DNA from: Candidatus Thorarchaeota archaeon
GTDB taxonomy: Archaea > Asgardarchaeota > Thorarchaeia > Thorarchaeales > Thorarchaeaceae
Length of the DNA: 50,600 nucleotides
Direction: 5' to 3'
NCBI GenBank assembly: GCA_016840855.1
Contig: JAEORO010000008.1
Location: forward strand, 1 to 50,600
The position numbers and the translations under genes are program-made. Every line of letters starts with the position of its first letter. The stretch's first letter is position 1. The notes beneath the pieces were generated by a model that had not been told where the DNA came from, ran no database searches, and saw only the letters and a list, made by a program, of their open reading frames with translations. Below are positions 37,048-46,421 of this stretch, in pieces.

Positions 37048-38970
37048 ATGGTTGAGTTTCGTGTAGGTCGTGGACATGATGGGCCTGCTCGTGTGGGTGA
37101 GTATATCCTAGGCTCAACAACATATTCTACTCCCCTCCTAACTTCCTCTTTCATTGCCACTGACTCAATCATTGCTTATAGGACACATAGTCGAGACAAG
37201 CCTCTCTCAGAGAAACCTATGTTAGTATCAATCCCCTTCACCGATCAAATCATCGATCCTACAGTATCAGATATTCCTGCCTCTGATGCCATCATTCTTC
37301 CATCATTGGTATCTCTTGCTGCAGTCAGTCATGAAGCAGCTGAATTGGGTCTTGATTATCAGGAGGAAGTTCTAGCAAGAATATCTTCAGACATCGATCA
37401 ATCAAGGATTATAATTCGCTTTCCTTCTGAAGCTAATCCTGAATCATTAGCGAAACTAGCTAAACTAGGTGCTCATGGTGCAGCATTCTCTTTCAATGGC
37501 CAACTGGGCTCTCACGACTTTGGGGCTATACATCTTCGAAGTTGTTTGCCTCTCCACATGATTGCTTTAGCTGTAGGTCGAATTGAGCCTGGACTCATAC
37601 CCCTTCTCTACTATACTGGGTTTGATGTCATTGATATTGACTATGCAGAAGATGCGGCTGCAAAATCCTTGAGGTTATGGAAAAATGGATTTGAGGAGAT
37701 AGAGCTAGGAAAAGAGCGCAGGTATTGCTCATGTCCAGCGTGCGAAAAGCTTGATGGTGCCAAACAAGAGGACTTGCTAAAAATTCTTCTAGAGCACAAT
37801 CTTTCCATCTACAAATCTACTATCTCTGAAGCCAAAGAATCTATGAGGCACGGTCGGTTGAGATGGTTGGTTGAGAGTTCCACTCATAACAGCCCAGCCC
37901 AGGCCTCTCTCGTTCGATTGGTCAATAGAGAACTCTATTCTTACATCGAAGAGTTCTCCCCTACAACAGGACCAGATGCACTACCTGTAATTGGCTCTGA
38001 ATCCTATAATGCGCCAGTCGTTCGAAGGTTCAGAGATTATGTGGCGAGTAGATACTCTGCTCCAGGGAATAAACCTGTCATCCTACTTCTGCCATGCTCA
38101 GCAAAGAAACCTTACTCCGATTCCAAGTCCCACAAGAAATTTTCTGCTGTAATTGAATCTGCAATGCTTGGAATGGAGTCGAGAATCGCTCAAATCATAC
38201 TGACATCGCCACTCGGTTTGGTCCCTCGGGAACTTGAACGTATATATCCGGCGGGGCAATATGATATTCCTGTCACAGGCGATTGGGACACTGAAGAAAT
38301 CAAGATTGGATCCAATGCGCTTGTGACTCATCTTAAGAAGTTCAGTAATTCATCAGTTGTCATTGCCCATGTGTCTGGAGGCTATCTAGATATAGTTCGA
38401 ACTGCTGAACCCGATATTGAGCAGAGCTTGATTTATACAACTCCTGAGGATCGCGCAACGAGCAGGGAGTCATTGAGGGCATTAAGAGACTCACTTACTG
38501 AGATGAAAGACATTCTTTCTATCTCTGGTGGTCCTTACACCGAACTAAGGGAAATCGTATCAGCAACTGCAGACTATCAGTTTGGGAAAGGAGCTGGTGA
38601 AGTGCTAGTCCCAGAACATGCGCATCTTAGGGGAAAACCCTACAAACTCATAATATGTAGCATTAATGGAGTACAGGTCTGTTCATATGTAGCAGAGAGT
38701 GGAACCCTATCCCTCACACTCGCTGGAGGAAAGCTTCTTGCTCCACTCAATAGATACTGGGTACGTCTTGATGTTCCGAAGATTAAGGGGGGGTCCATCT
38801 TCGCTGTCGGTGTTCAGGAGGCTGACTTTGCTATCCGTCCCGGAGATGAGGTCATTGTCATTAATGAATCTCGTGAGGTCATTGCAGTAGGCCGTAGCGA
38901 GATGTCTGGTCGTGAGATGTGTGAGTTAACGCGAGGAAGAGCTGTTTCAGTTCGCCATAAGAAGGAGTGA
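37048..38970 (+). CDS. arcS: Archaeosine synthase alpha subunit (TGT-like + DUF5591 + PUA)
   Basis: DGPARVG, CSCPAC..HN, LLPCSAKKPYSDSKSH, TSPLGLVPRELE, YDIPVTGDW, ADYQFG, C-terminal PUA (IRPGDEV...AVG...GRAVSVRH). ORF from 37033. Confidence 0.9.
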   Translation: MVEFRVGRGHDGPARVGEYILGSTTYSTPLLTSSFIATDSIIAYRTHSRDKPLSEKPMLVSIPFTDQIIDPTVSDIPASDAIILPSLVSLAAVSHEAAELGLDYQEEVLARISSDIDQSRIIIRFPSEANPESLAKLAKLGAHGAAFSFNGQLGSHDFGAIHLRSCLPLHMIALAVGRIEPGLIPLLYYTGFDVIDIDYAEDAAAKSLRLWKNGFEEIELGKERRYCSCPACEKLDGAKQEDLLKILLEHNLSIYKSTISEAKESMRHGRLRWLVESSTHNSPAQASLVRLVNRELYSYIEEFSPTTGPDALPVIGSESYNAPVVRRFRDYVASRYSAPGNKPVILLLPCSAKKPYSDSKSHKKFSAVIESAMLGMESRIAQIILTSPLGLVPRELERIYPAGQYDIPVTGDWDTEEIKIGSNALVTHLKKFSNSSVVIAHVSGGYLDIVRTAEPDIEQSLIYTTPEDRATSRESLRALRDSLTEMKDILSISGGPYTELREIVSATADYQFGKGAGEVLVPEHAHLRGKPYKLIICSINGVQVCSYVAESGTLSLTLAGGKLLAPLNRYWVRLDVPKIKGGSIFAVGVQEADFAIRPGDEVIVINESREVIAVGRSEMSGREMCELTRGRAVSVRHKKE

Positions 38971-40058
38971 GGGATTGCATGGAAACTCTAAGAAAAATCA
39001 ACGAAGTTGTTCAACGCGCCAATATTCATGCTCGAGGGACTTCACTCAGACAAAGAAAGAGACGTGACCTTACACGTCCATCAGCAAAATGGATAGCGCC
39101 TGCAAGAGTTGGTCGGGAACAGGGTACAGCACTCGCAGTAGTCTTGTCAACTATTGGATGTGCTCATGCCCTGAGTGACGCTGGAGGTTGTACAATGTGT
39201 AGCTACCTCCTTGATGGTGTTCAGGAGCAACCAACATCTGAACAGATAGTAGCTCAATTCAAGTCCGCAATGATGGAACTAGATATGAAAAATGGTCCTC
39301 TATCTGTTAAGATATACACAAGTGGTAGTTTCTTAGATAGCAACGAGATTCCTGTGGAGGCGAGGTCGAAGATTCTGGGAATTATTGCTAAGGACGACCG
39401 AATACGTGAAGTCGTTCTCGAATCACGACCAGAATACATCAATGACTCAACTCTCTCCGATATACGATCAATTCTTGGAGATCGCATCATAGAGATTGGG
39501 ATGGGTCTTGAAAGCGCTAGTGATGTAATTCGAACAGTCTGCATAAACAAGAATTTTGATCTTAAGATGTTTAAGGATGCCCTGAAGACCGCCAAGAAAT
39601 TTAATATTGGTATTCGTGCCTATGTTCTACTCAAACCTCCATTTCTAACAGAACGGGATGCTATCTTTGATGCCATCTCTACAATCAAGGAGGCAAGAGC
39701 TCTAGGCGTTACAACTGTTTCCCTAAATCCCGTCAACGTACAGAAGGACACACTTGTTGAGAAACTCTGGATGAAAGGCAACTATCGACCACCTTGGTTG
39801 TGGAGTGTTCTAGAAGTACTTCGGGACGCTACCCTTTCATCCGATAGATGGATGAAGGTTGTTTGTGATCCTGTTGCTGCTGGTAAGAAACGCGGGACAC
39901 ATAATTGTGGTAAATGTGACAATAATGTTGCGGAGGCAATTCGTCAATTTTCACTTAACCAGAATCCAAATGCTCTTCAGAATCTCTCATGTGACTGTAT
40001 TAGTCAGTGGAAACATATTCTAAACCATGAGGATTTTTCCTTAATCATTCATAGATGA
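38967..40058 (+). CDS. raSEA: Archaeosine biosynthesis radical SAM protein RaSEA
   Basis: GC-x9-CTMC, KIYTSGSFLD..E, ESRPEY, GLES, INK, YVLLKPPFLTE, YRPPWLWS, RGTHNCGKC; adjacent to arcS. Confidence 0.92.
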   Translation: MRDCMETLRKINEVVQRANIHARGTSLRQRKRRDLTRPSAKWIAPARVGREQGTALAVVLSTIGCAHALSDAGGCTMCSYLLDGVQEQPTSEQIVAQFKSAMMELDMKNGPLSVKIYTSGSFLDSNEIPVEARSKILGIIAKDDRIREVVLESRPEYINDSTLSDIRSILGDRIIEIGMGLESASDVIRTVCINKNFDLKMFKDALKTAKKFNIGIRAYVLLKPPFLTERDAIFDAISTIKEARALGVTTVSLNPVNVQKDTLVEKLWMKGNYRPPWLWSVLEVLRDATLSSDRWMKVVCDPVAAGKKRGTHNCGKCDNNVAEAIRQFSLNQNPNALQNLSCDCISQWKHILNHEDFSLIIHR

Positions 40059-40127
40059 ATTAGTCTTATGAAAAAGGTCATAAAGAAAATCAAATGGCGC
40101 TCGTATGTTTTCAATAGTCTGGAGTGA

Positions 40128-40490
40128 TTGAGAATGTCTCGATATGTGACTCGGGTGTCTGTCTGGTTTTTCAGTGAAGGTGCCTCTCCATCTCAGGTTA
40201 TGAGGAAACTTCTTGATTTGGGCTTCAAACCTGTTAGGGGGGCTTATGATTTCGTATATGAACACAGTAATGAGAACATGTCTGAAGCCGATCTTGGGAA
40301 TGCAATTATTGAAATCTCAAATGCATTGCACAAAATGCTCGCAGGATTCAAGGTTTTCTACAATCTTGATACAAGTCTTTCCAATGGAGAAGACGATTAC
40401 GCTCCACTCGAAGATATTGATGCAGAGTTAGAGAAAACCCGCAAAGAGCTCGAAGAGATTGAGAGTGAAAATGAAAACATAACGCTCTAG
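40128..40490 (+). CDS. Conserved hypothetical protein
   Basis: FSEGASPSQV...LGFKPVRGAYDFVY core plus acidic coiled-coil tail. Confidence 0.7.
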   Translation: MRMSRYVTRVSVWFFSEGASPSQVMRKLLDLGFKPVRGAYDFVYEHSNENMSEADLGNAIIEISNALHKMLAGFKVFYNLDTSLSNGEDDYAPLEDIDAELEKTRKELEEIESENENITL

Positions 40491-40519
40491 ATTGGGGAAG
40501 GAAAATCCCTCACCCAATC
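40490..40519. terminator. Possible bidirectional hairpin between convergent genes
   Basis: GATTGGG...CCCAATC inverted repeat with inner GGA/TCC pairing. Confidence 0.4.
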
Positions 40520-40536
40520 ATTACAAGCTCTAGATA

Positions 40537-42318
40537 CTAGATTGAAGAAACTTCTGGCTCACGGCGTTCGTATTCGCCTTCGCCTTGTACTGTCACGTTG
40601 ATTTTCTTTTTATCACCGGGGTTCATCCGTGTCCAAGTCCAAGTCATTTTAGAGCCATCACTAACAGATGTGACTTCAGGTTCCTCATCTTCAGGGTCTG
40701 TTGAAACATACTCGAATCCTGCTGGAATCCAATCTGATACTTGTATATTCTCAGCAGTCACCTCACCATTGTTAGAAACAACTAGTACGACAACATATTC
40801 ACCTGCCCCAGCTCCCTTGTTGATAGCTTTCTTTGTTGAGATTGCGCGTTTCTTGTAGATTACTCCAAGCTTATGTCCATCAACAGGGCTCTCTACCACT
40901 GCAGGAATTCCTGCTGGTTCTGTGTTTCCAGTGATGATGACTGGTGATGGGTATTCTTTCTCTGGTCTACTGCGCCAAGCCATAATGGCATAATTGATCT
41001 TGATGCTTTCCCCAGGTTCTAACTCGCCAACAGAGGCCTGAAGATTCTCAACTCTGAATGACATTTTGTGGGGTTTCTCCGGATTTTGATCCTCTGGATC
41101 TATCACAAATTCATAGGGACCAGTAAATTCCTCTCCCCTAATCCAAACAGTGACATGTTCACTTGTTGGAGGCATCACATCATCAGGTAAATTATCCTCA
41201 ATTGTGATCTCATTTAATTTAGCAGAACCATTGTTAGTCACTTCGATTGTGACCTCAACAGGGGTTTTGTCAAAACTACTAACTGATGATGGGTCGAAAG
41301 TCTTTGTATAATCAATACTATACACAGGGATTATTTGAGGTGTTTTCTCGATGGTTCCAAGAACTCTCTTGGTGACAGCCTTTACAGGTGTGTAGATTAT
41401 GTCTTGTGTGCATTTTGGAGTTGATTTGCTTCCGACTTCAAAAGTCGAAGTCCATTCCTGATTAGGTTCCAATTCAACACCAGGAGTTTCCTCTATCATC
41501 TTCTTTTTCTCACTCCCGTCCTCAGGAGTTAGGAAAACTTCCGCTTTATCCAATCTAACAACAAGGTCGCTTTCATTTGAACATTCAAGTGTACATTGCC
41601 AAGTATTTGGTTCAGTTTCAGCAGTTTCGATTCCCGTCAAGAACTCAGTGAGTGCAGTCAGATCTGGATCAAGTTTGGATCTCTGCTGTTGCTCACCTCT
41701 ATAGGTGATAACAACGTCTCCTGCTCTCTTCGGTTCGTTGTCTTCCACAAACCCTGTTGCTTGAATAATAAGTGACGAGGACTCATGAGGATAGACTACA
41801 AAGTCTTTCCAGACAACTTGTTTGGTTCCCTCATCATATTCAGCAGTGCCTGATTTAACAGAAACGACTTCTATATTCGAGAGTTCAGGAGGAATGGTTT
41901 TGTTGAGAATTATATTATCAAGTTCACCATCAGTCTGATTGGTGACTGTAAGTGTGATCTTAACTGGATTCTCTTTTCCTCTTACATATGCCCAGTGAGG
42001 CTCATCTGTTTCTACCGTGCCGCATGTGTCAAATGTCTCTTTAAAGGTTAAAATTGGTGCGTCAACTGTAACTCCATAGTTGGCTTCCCATTTTTCACCT
42101 GTGTCTATCTCACCGGCAACTAGCGTTTCATCGCTAATATCCGTGTCACCGCGTGTTTCTCCAAGGTGGACCTTCACATTCCAGATACGACTTCTTTCTG
42201 ACACATTGTTAACACTTAGAACACCCGAAGTATCTATATTATTCAACTCGGATTTTTCACCGAGGCGAACCTTTTCCGATTCTTCGAGGTCAATTACGAC
42301 CTTCCTTTTTTCACTCAT
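40537..42318 (-). CDS. Acidic multi-beta-sandwich protein; N-terminal mu-homology-domain-like region plus DUF11-like Ig domains
   Basis: Repeated TxxVxNxG...xDxxP...W...L.PGE units; no signal peptide or TM; MHD-like motif order (see findings). Confidence 0.7.
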   Translation of the reverse strand: MSEKRKVVIDLEESEKVRLGEKSELNNIDTSGVLSVNNVSERSRIWNVKVHLGETRGDTDISDETLVAGEIDTGEKWEANYGVTVDAPILTFKETFDTCGTVETDEPHWAYVRGKENPVKITLTVTNQTDGELDNIILNKTIPPELSNIEVVSVKSGTAEYDEGTKQVVWKDFVVYPHESSSLIIQATGFVEDNEPKRAGDVVITYRGEQQQRSKLDPDLTALTEFLTGIETAETEPNTWQCTLECSNESDLVVRLDKAEVFLTPEDGSEKKKMIEETPGVELEPNQEWTSTFEVGSKSTPKCTQDIIYTPVKAVTKRVLGTIEKTPQIIPVYSIDYTKTFDPSSVSSFDKTPVEVTIEVTNNGSAKLNEITIEDNLPDDVMPPTSEHVTVWIRGEEFTGPYEFVIDPEDQNPEKPHKMSFRVENLQASVGELEPGESIKINYAIMAWRSRPEKEYPSPVIITGNTEPAGIPAVVESPVDGHKLGVIYKKRAISTKKAINKGAGAGEYVVVLVVSNNGEVTAENIQVSDWIPAGFEYVSTDPEDEEPEVTSVSDGSKMTWTWTRMNPGDKKKINVTVQGEGEYERREPEVSSI

Positions 42319-42391
42319 TCAATGCACACCCATTGTTTGCAATTTCCATTTGGGAATCTTCTGACTGTGTACCGGACCTCACAGGAGAATA

Positions 42392-43105
42392 TCAGTTTAG
42401 CTCGTATCTGAACTCATTTCCTGCTGCCCAGAAAACCTCTAGGACTTGGTATGGTTCCATAACTACTGGAGCAGTTCCTTTACCAAATTGTTGGATATAT
42501 TTGGCGAACTTCATCGGGTCCTGTTCTGATGTCCATCTCATAGGAATACCAATTCTTGGTTTTGCATCGATACACAAACTGACTGCATCTTTGACTTGAA
42601 AGACACCATCACCCCCAATTGGCACAATGAGGACATCCATATCGAATTGTTCGAACGGACCGCGGATTACTGCATCACCAAGATATCCTACTTTCATGTT
42701 TCCAATTTCAATGTATAATCCGAGATTGTCAATATGTCCACCTTCTGCCTCATCAATTCTTGAAAGCGCATAAGGTGTGATTTTCAGATTAGGAATCTCA
42801 TATGGGACTTCTGGTTTCAGAACATGAACCAGCCATGGTTTGACTCCTCTCTCAGAAGCCTTCTCAGCTGCTTTTTGGTTGCCTAGGAACCATGCTTTTG
42901 AATTGACCGCGATGGTTGCTGAATTTCCAACAGCATCATCAGATTGATTCGTTGCAATGACTATTCTCGTACTGAAGTCATCTGGAACGATAGGTTCCCC
43001 ATCCCAAATTCCGGGGTTCAAGACCACAGTCGTTTCGCCATGCTTGAGTGCGAATGAAGTTCTTCCAAAGTACATTATTTTAAGCAACGAATCACATCCC
43101 GTCAA
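42392..43105 (-). CDS. Metallo-beta-lactamase-fold protein (UPF0173/UlaG-like), metal ligands lost
   Basis: YFGRTSF, VLNP, IATNQSDDAVG, YLGD, DVLIVPIGG..F, PRIGIPMRW. Confidence 0.8.
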   Translation of the reverse strand: MTGCDSLLKIMYFGRTSFALKHGETTVVLNPGIWDGEPIVPDDFSTRIVIATNQSDDAVGNSATIAVNSKAWFLGNQKAAEKASERGVKPWLVHVLKPEVPYEIPNLKITPYALSRIDEAEGGHIDNLGLYIEIGNMKVGYLGDAVIRGPFEQFDMDVLIVPIGGDGVFQVKDAVSLCIDAKPRIGIPMRWTSEQDPMKFAKYIQQFGKGTAPVVMEPYQVLEVFWAAGNEFRYELN

Positions 43106-43342
43106 TTTCCACTGGCACGGTCACACCAGAATGACTGCTGCACTACTTTCGTTGAAACTGTTATTAATAAGCTAATTTCTAACCTATGTGAATATCTCTC
43201 AGAATAGGTAAATTAAAGCGTATTACCATCGATATTTCGTCACTCTCTGGATTGTAGAGTGCTAGCTTTTTATGACACTGAAAAGACAGAGATTCAGAGG
43301 TCCTGCAAATCCTGCAAAATTGTAGATGGCGAGTTGGAGTTT

Positions 43343-44635
43343 ATGTTAGACAAGATTCTCACTGAGAAATTCAGAAGAACATTGAAGATGGTATTCACAG
43401 ACATTCAAAATCAACAGGACCGACGTGATGAACAAGAGTTCGCAAAAGACGAAACACGCATCAAAGAGCGACTGCTTGATACTTTCACGCCCTACCGACC
43501 AGATGTAATTCTCGACAATGACTTTCGCATTGCCGCAATTGATGGTTCTGGCTCTGACAGCTTGATGACCCTAGATGATATTCGCATTCATCTCATTAGT
43601 ACATCGACCATTATAGTAGATACAAATACACGATCTGAGAACTTGTTTTCACCACTTGAGCGAAGCACCTTGGAGGCTGAATTAGGTGAGCAACCTCATG
43701 TCGAGATTCATTGGCATTCAGGTGTACGGAACGATGCCCGTGAAAAGTTGGCAGAAACGCTCGCAAACATTTACCCTTTGAAAGACGTTGTTAAACTCAC
43801 CCTGCCATTTTTCCAAGACTATACTAAAGGGAGGATTTCGTCATTCTCTGACTTTACAGAAACAGAGTATGAGAAACATGTCCCTCGTTTACGAGAGATT
43901 GACTCATTGATATCTAGAGAACAACAACTAACAAATCCAATAGTACATGAAGAGATCAGAAAGACTAGTGAGTACGCTGCGGCGCGCAAAGTTTTGATGA
44001 GTGACACAAATCCCAAATATCTCCTCTTGGATGGTGCTCTTTCAGTCTTCATGCATTTTGTACGACATTACCCATCTATGCCTAGTGGATTTATGCTTAG
44101 AGACCTATGTGTCCTTGCAAGGCAGAAGAATGTGATACTATGTGCTGTTAGCAAGAACCATACAATTCCGTTTGCTCATCGTATTGCAAATATGGCAAGG
44201 GATGTGTTTGGGGAGAACGCAAAATGGTTCTGTCACCTGCCTAGTAATGAAGATCCCGAGGGTGGTCTTCATATCTATGAGGATCGGACATACATTCCAC
44301 CCATGCTTGCAGTTCCATACCTGTATAGTTTCTCTCGGGACAATAGACCCTCGAGAATTGACTTTGATAGAATCTGGTGGCTTGAGAACATATTTGTTCC
44401 CGGAGATTCTGGAGCAACACGTGCCAATGAGAAGGCTCTCTTTGCTGAGCTTGAGTTCATGTCAAGAGATGCCAGATGGTATGGATACCCAGTACCACTT
44501 GCTCTGGCGCATGAATCATGTAAATTGGGCTATGAGGACCTACGACTAGCAAAAGAAGTATGCATGGATGTCCGGTCTGAAATGAACTTGGAACGACGAG
44601 AAGCACAGCCACTTCGTGCTGATTATGATCTATAA
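43343..44635 (+). CDS. nurA: NurA 5'-3' nuclease
   Basis: IAAIDGS, LLLDGAL, AVSK, RIDF, YGYPVPLALAHESCK; likely start ATG 43343 after GGAGT (ORF from 43259). Confidence 0.88.
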   Translation: MLDKILTEKFRRTLKMVFTDIQNQQDRRDEQEFAKDETRIKERLLDTFTPYRPDVILDNDFRIAAIDGSGSDSLMTLDDIRIHLISTSTIIVDTNTRSENLFSPLERSTLEAELGEQPHVEIHWHSGVRNDAREKLAETLANIYPLKDVVKLTLPFFQDYTKGRISSFSDFTETEYEKHVPRLREIDSLISREQQLTNPIVHEEIRKTSEYAAARKVLMSDTNPKYLLLDGALSVFMHFVRHYPSMPSGFMLRDLCVLARQKNVILCAVSKNHTIPFAHRIANMARDVFGENAKWFCHLPSNEDPEGGLHIYEDRTYIPPMLAVPYLYSFSRDNRPSRIDFDRIWWLENIFVPGDSGATRANEKALFAELEFMSRDARWYGYPVPLALAHESCKLGYEDLRLAKEVCMDVRSEMNLERREAQPLRADYDL

Positions 44636-44650
44636 ACCGAGGAACCAAAA

Positions 44651-46411
44651 ATGAGTTTGGATAAAGAGAAACTTGGAGAACTTTATGGTAAAGTGGGTGT
44701 GGGCAACCAGACCTCACTTGGGATAATGGGAAGTAATCGCGATATAAGCGTTGGAGAGATATTTTTGATCTACTCCCATCGTGATGGCCATGAACGAGTA
44801 TTCTTCTTCAGAGTCCTTGGTCTGGAGAACTATCTACGGCAGGTCGATGATCTTGCTCGTGTAGCTGGAACCTTGATGGTCGAAGGAGATGCATATCTCT
44901 CAGGTATTGAACGGAACATGTTACTCTCTGTTGGTGGTCGAATGCTTGGCTATGCAGAGGAGAAGAATGGAAAATGGGTTTTTTACTCACCACGACGACT
45001 TCCAGACCACTTAGCATCAGTTTATCGACCAATATCAGGCACATCTGATGAAAATGTTAGAAACATGCTAGAAGGACAGACAGAAGGAGAGATCTACGTT
45101 GGTGACTTGCAGGTTGGAGAGGATACATTGGATGTTCCAATCAAAATTCCATCGAAGTTCTTGCCTATGCATGTTGGAATATTTGGTTCTACAGGTGCTG
45201 GAAAGAGCAATCTGATGATGGTGCTGATTAAGTCAGTCATTGACAATAACCTAAATGCCTTTAGAAATCCGTCGAAGAAACTCCCTCGGATATCCGGGTT
45301 TTGCATTGACCCTCATGACGAGTTTGCCAAAGGAGTTGATAAGTACGGAATTCAACACGTAGTAGAAGAAATGAGTCCCTCAACGCGATCCGAGGTCATT
45401 GGAGATTTCTATTACCTTACAACCCATAAGAGAGCAACAACAAGAGAGATTCGGAAATATGCTTCTGAAATCAGAATTCTGTGGTCAGAGATACAACCGC
45501 GAGACCTTTACTCAATACGCGACTTCACTCCTGAGATGTCTTCTTTCATAGACTCACAATATTCTGTGGCAAAAGAAGACTGGATAAGTGCGATTCTTAA
45601 ACTGAATGAAGATGAAGCCGGAGTTCCTGCAGGCACTTTAAGAGCAGTTAAACGCAGGCTTAGTTTTCTTGAGAGGTCTCCTATCTTCATCGAAACTGGG
45701 GCTTCCATCCTAAGTGATATCTTCATCGCAATGGAAACCGGTAGAATACTTGTTGTCAACACGAGTCTCATGGGTGACATGGAGCAATTCTTACTCACAA
45801 CCATTGTTACGCGAACATTATCCGATATGCGGCGAGCTCTAAAGAGTAGCGGAAATCTAAGTGATTTTGAGAGCCAAGGCTTTATGCGACTTCCATCACC
45901 ATTCTTCAAAAATGTAAAAGATCGGGCTCGTGCGTTTTATGGTCTTGGAGGCGTAAAAGATGACACTCCTGTCCAAGATCCCCGTTCACTTCCAGTCATT
46001 CAAGTGACAGTTGAGGAAGCCCCATCCATTCTGAATCCTGAGCTTATGAGAGGTCAATCAGTTTTCAAGGACATCTCGCGTCAAGGACGGAAGTTTAACA
46101 TTGGTCTTTTAGTTGTGAGCCAGCAAGTCAGCGTTCTTGATAATGTAATATTGAGTCAGATGAACACGGAGATTAATCTGAGACTGGGGAATGAACGAGA
46201 AATCCGTGCCTGCATAGAGAACGCAAGTGTGAATATATCTGGGTTTGAAGATGAGTTTCGAGTCATGTCTAGAGGAGAGGCTATTGTTACTCAATCATAT
46301 AGAGAGCTTCCTTTGCCAATCAGAATACCACTCTTTGATGACATATATGAGAAAGACAGACACAGATACAAGGATAAAGGGTCAAAGAAAAGTGAGGAAC
46401 ACATTCTCTGA
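44651..46411 (+). CDS. herA: HerA helicase/ATPase
   Basis: N-terminal HAS-barrel-like region, HVGIFGSTGAGKSN, IDPHDEF, VTVEEAP, ISRQGRKFNIGLLVVSQ, ILSQMNT. Confidence 0.9.
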   Translation: MSLDKEKLGELYGKVGVGNQTSLGIMGSNRDISVGEIFLIYSHRDGHERVFFFRVLGLENYLRQVDDLARVAGTLMVEGDAYLSGIERNMLLSVGGRMLGYAEEKNGKWVFYSPRRLPDHLASVYRPISGTSDENVRNMLEGQTEGEIYVGDLQVGEDTLDVPIKIPSKFLPMHVGIFGSTGAGKSNLMMVLIKSVIDNNLNAFRNPSKKLPRISGFCIDPHDEFAKGVDKYGIQHVVEEMSPSTRSEVIGDFYYLTTHKRATTREIRKYASEIRILWSEIQPRDLYSIRDFTPEMSSFIDSQYSVAKEDWISAILKLNEDEAGVPAGTLRAVKRRLSFLERSPIFIETGASILSDIFIAMETGRILVVNTSLMGDMEQFLLTTIVTRTLSDMRRALKSSGNLSDFESQGFMRLPSPFFKNVKDRARAFYGLGGVKDDTPVQDPRSLPVIQVTVEEAPSILNPELMRGQSVFKDISRQGRKFNIGLLVVSQQVSVLDNVILSQMNTEINLRLGNEREIRACIENASVNISGFEDEFRVMSRGEAIVTQSYRELPLPIRIPLFDDIYEKDRHRYKDKGSKKSEEHIL

Positions 46412-46421
46412 GGTTAATTAA

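Noticed and set aside
43301-43319. Tandem TCCTGCAAA x2 and the upstream GTG extension of nurA
   Set aside because: Two 9-mers are too short to be meaningful, and ATG 43343 with an SD-like GGAGT is the more plausible start.
44651-46411. HerA as a Sir2-HerA or similar anti-phage system
   Set aside because: Flanked by nurA, mre11 and rad50, the established DNA end-resection module, with no Sir2 or effector gene.
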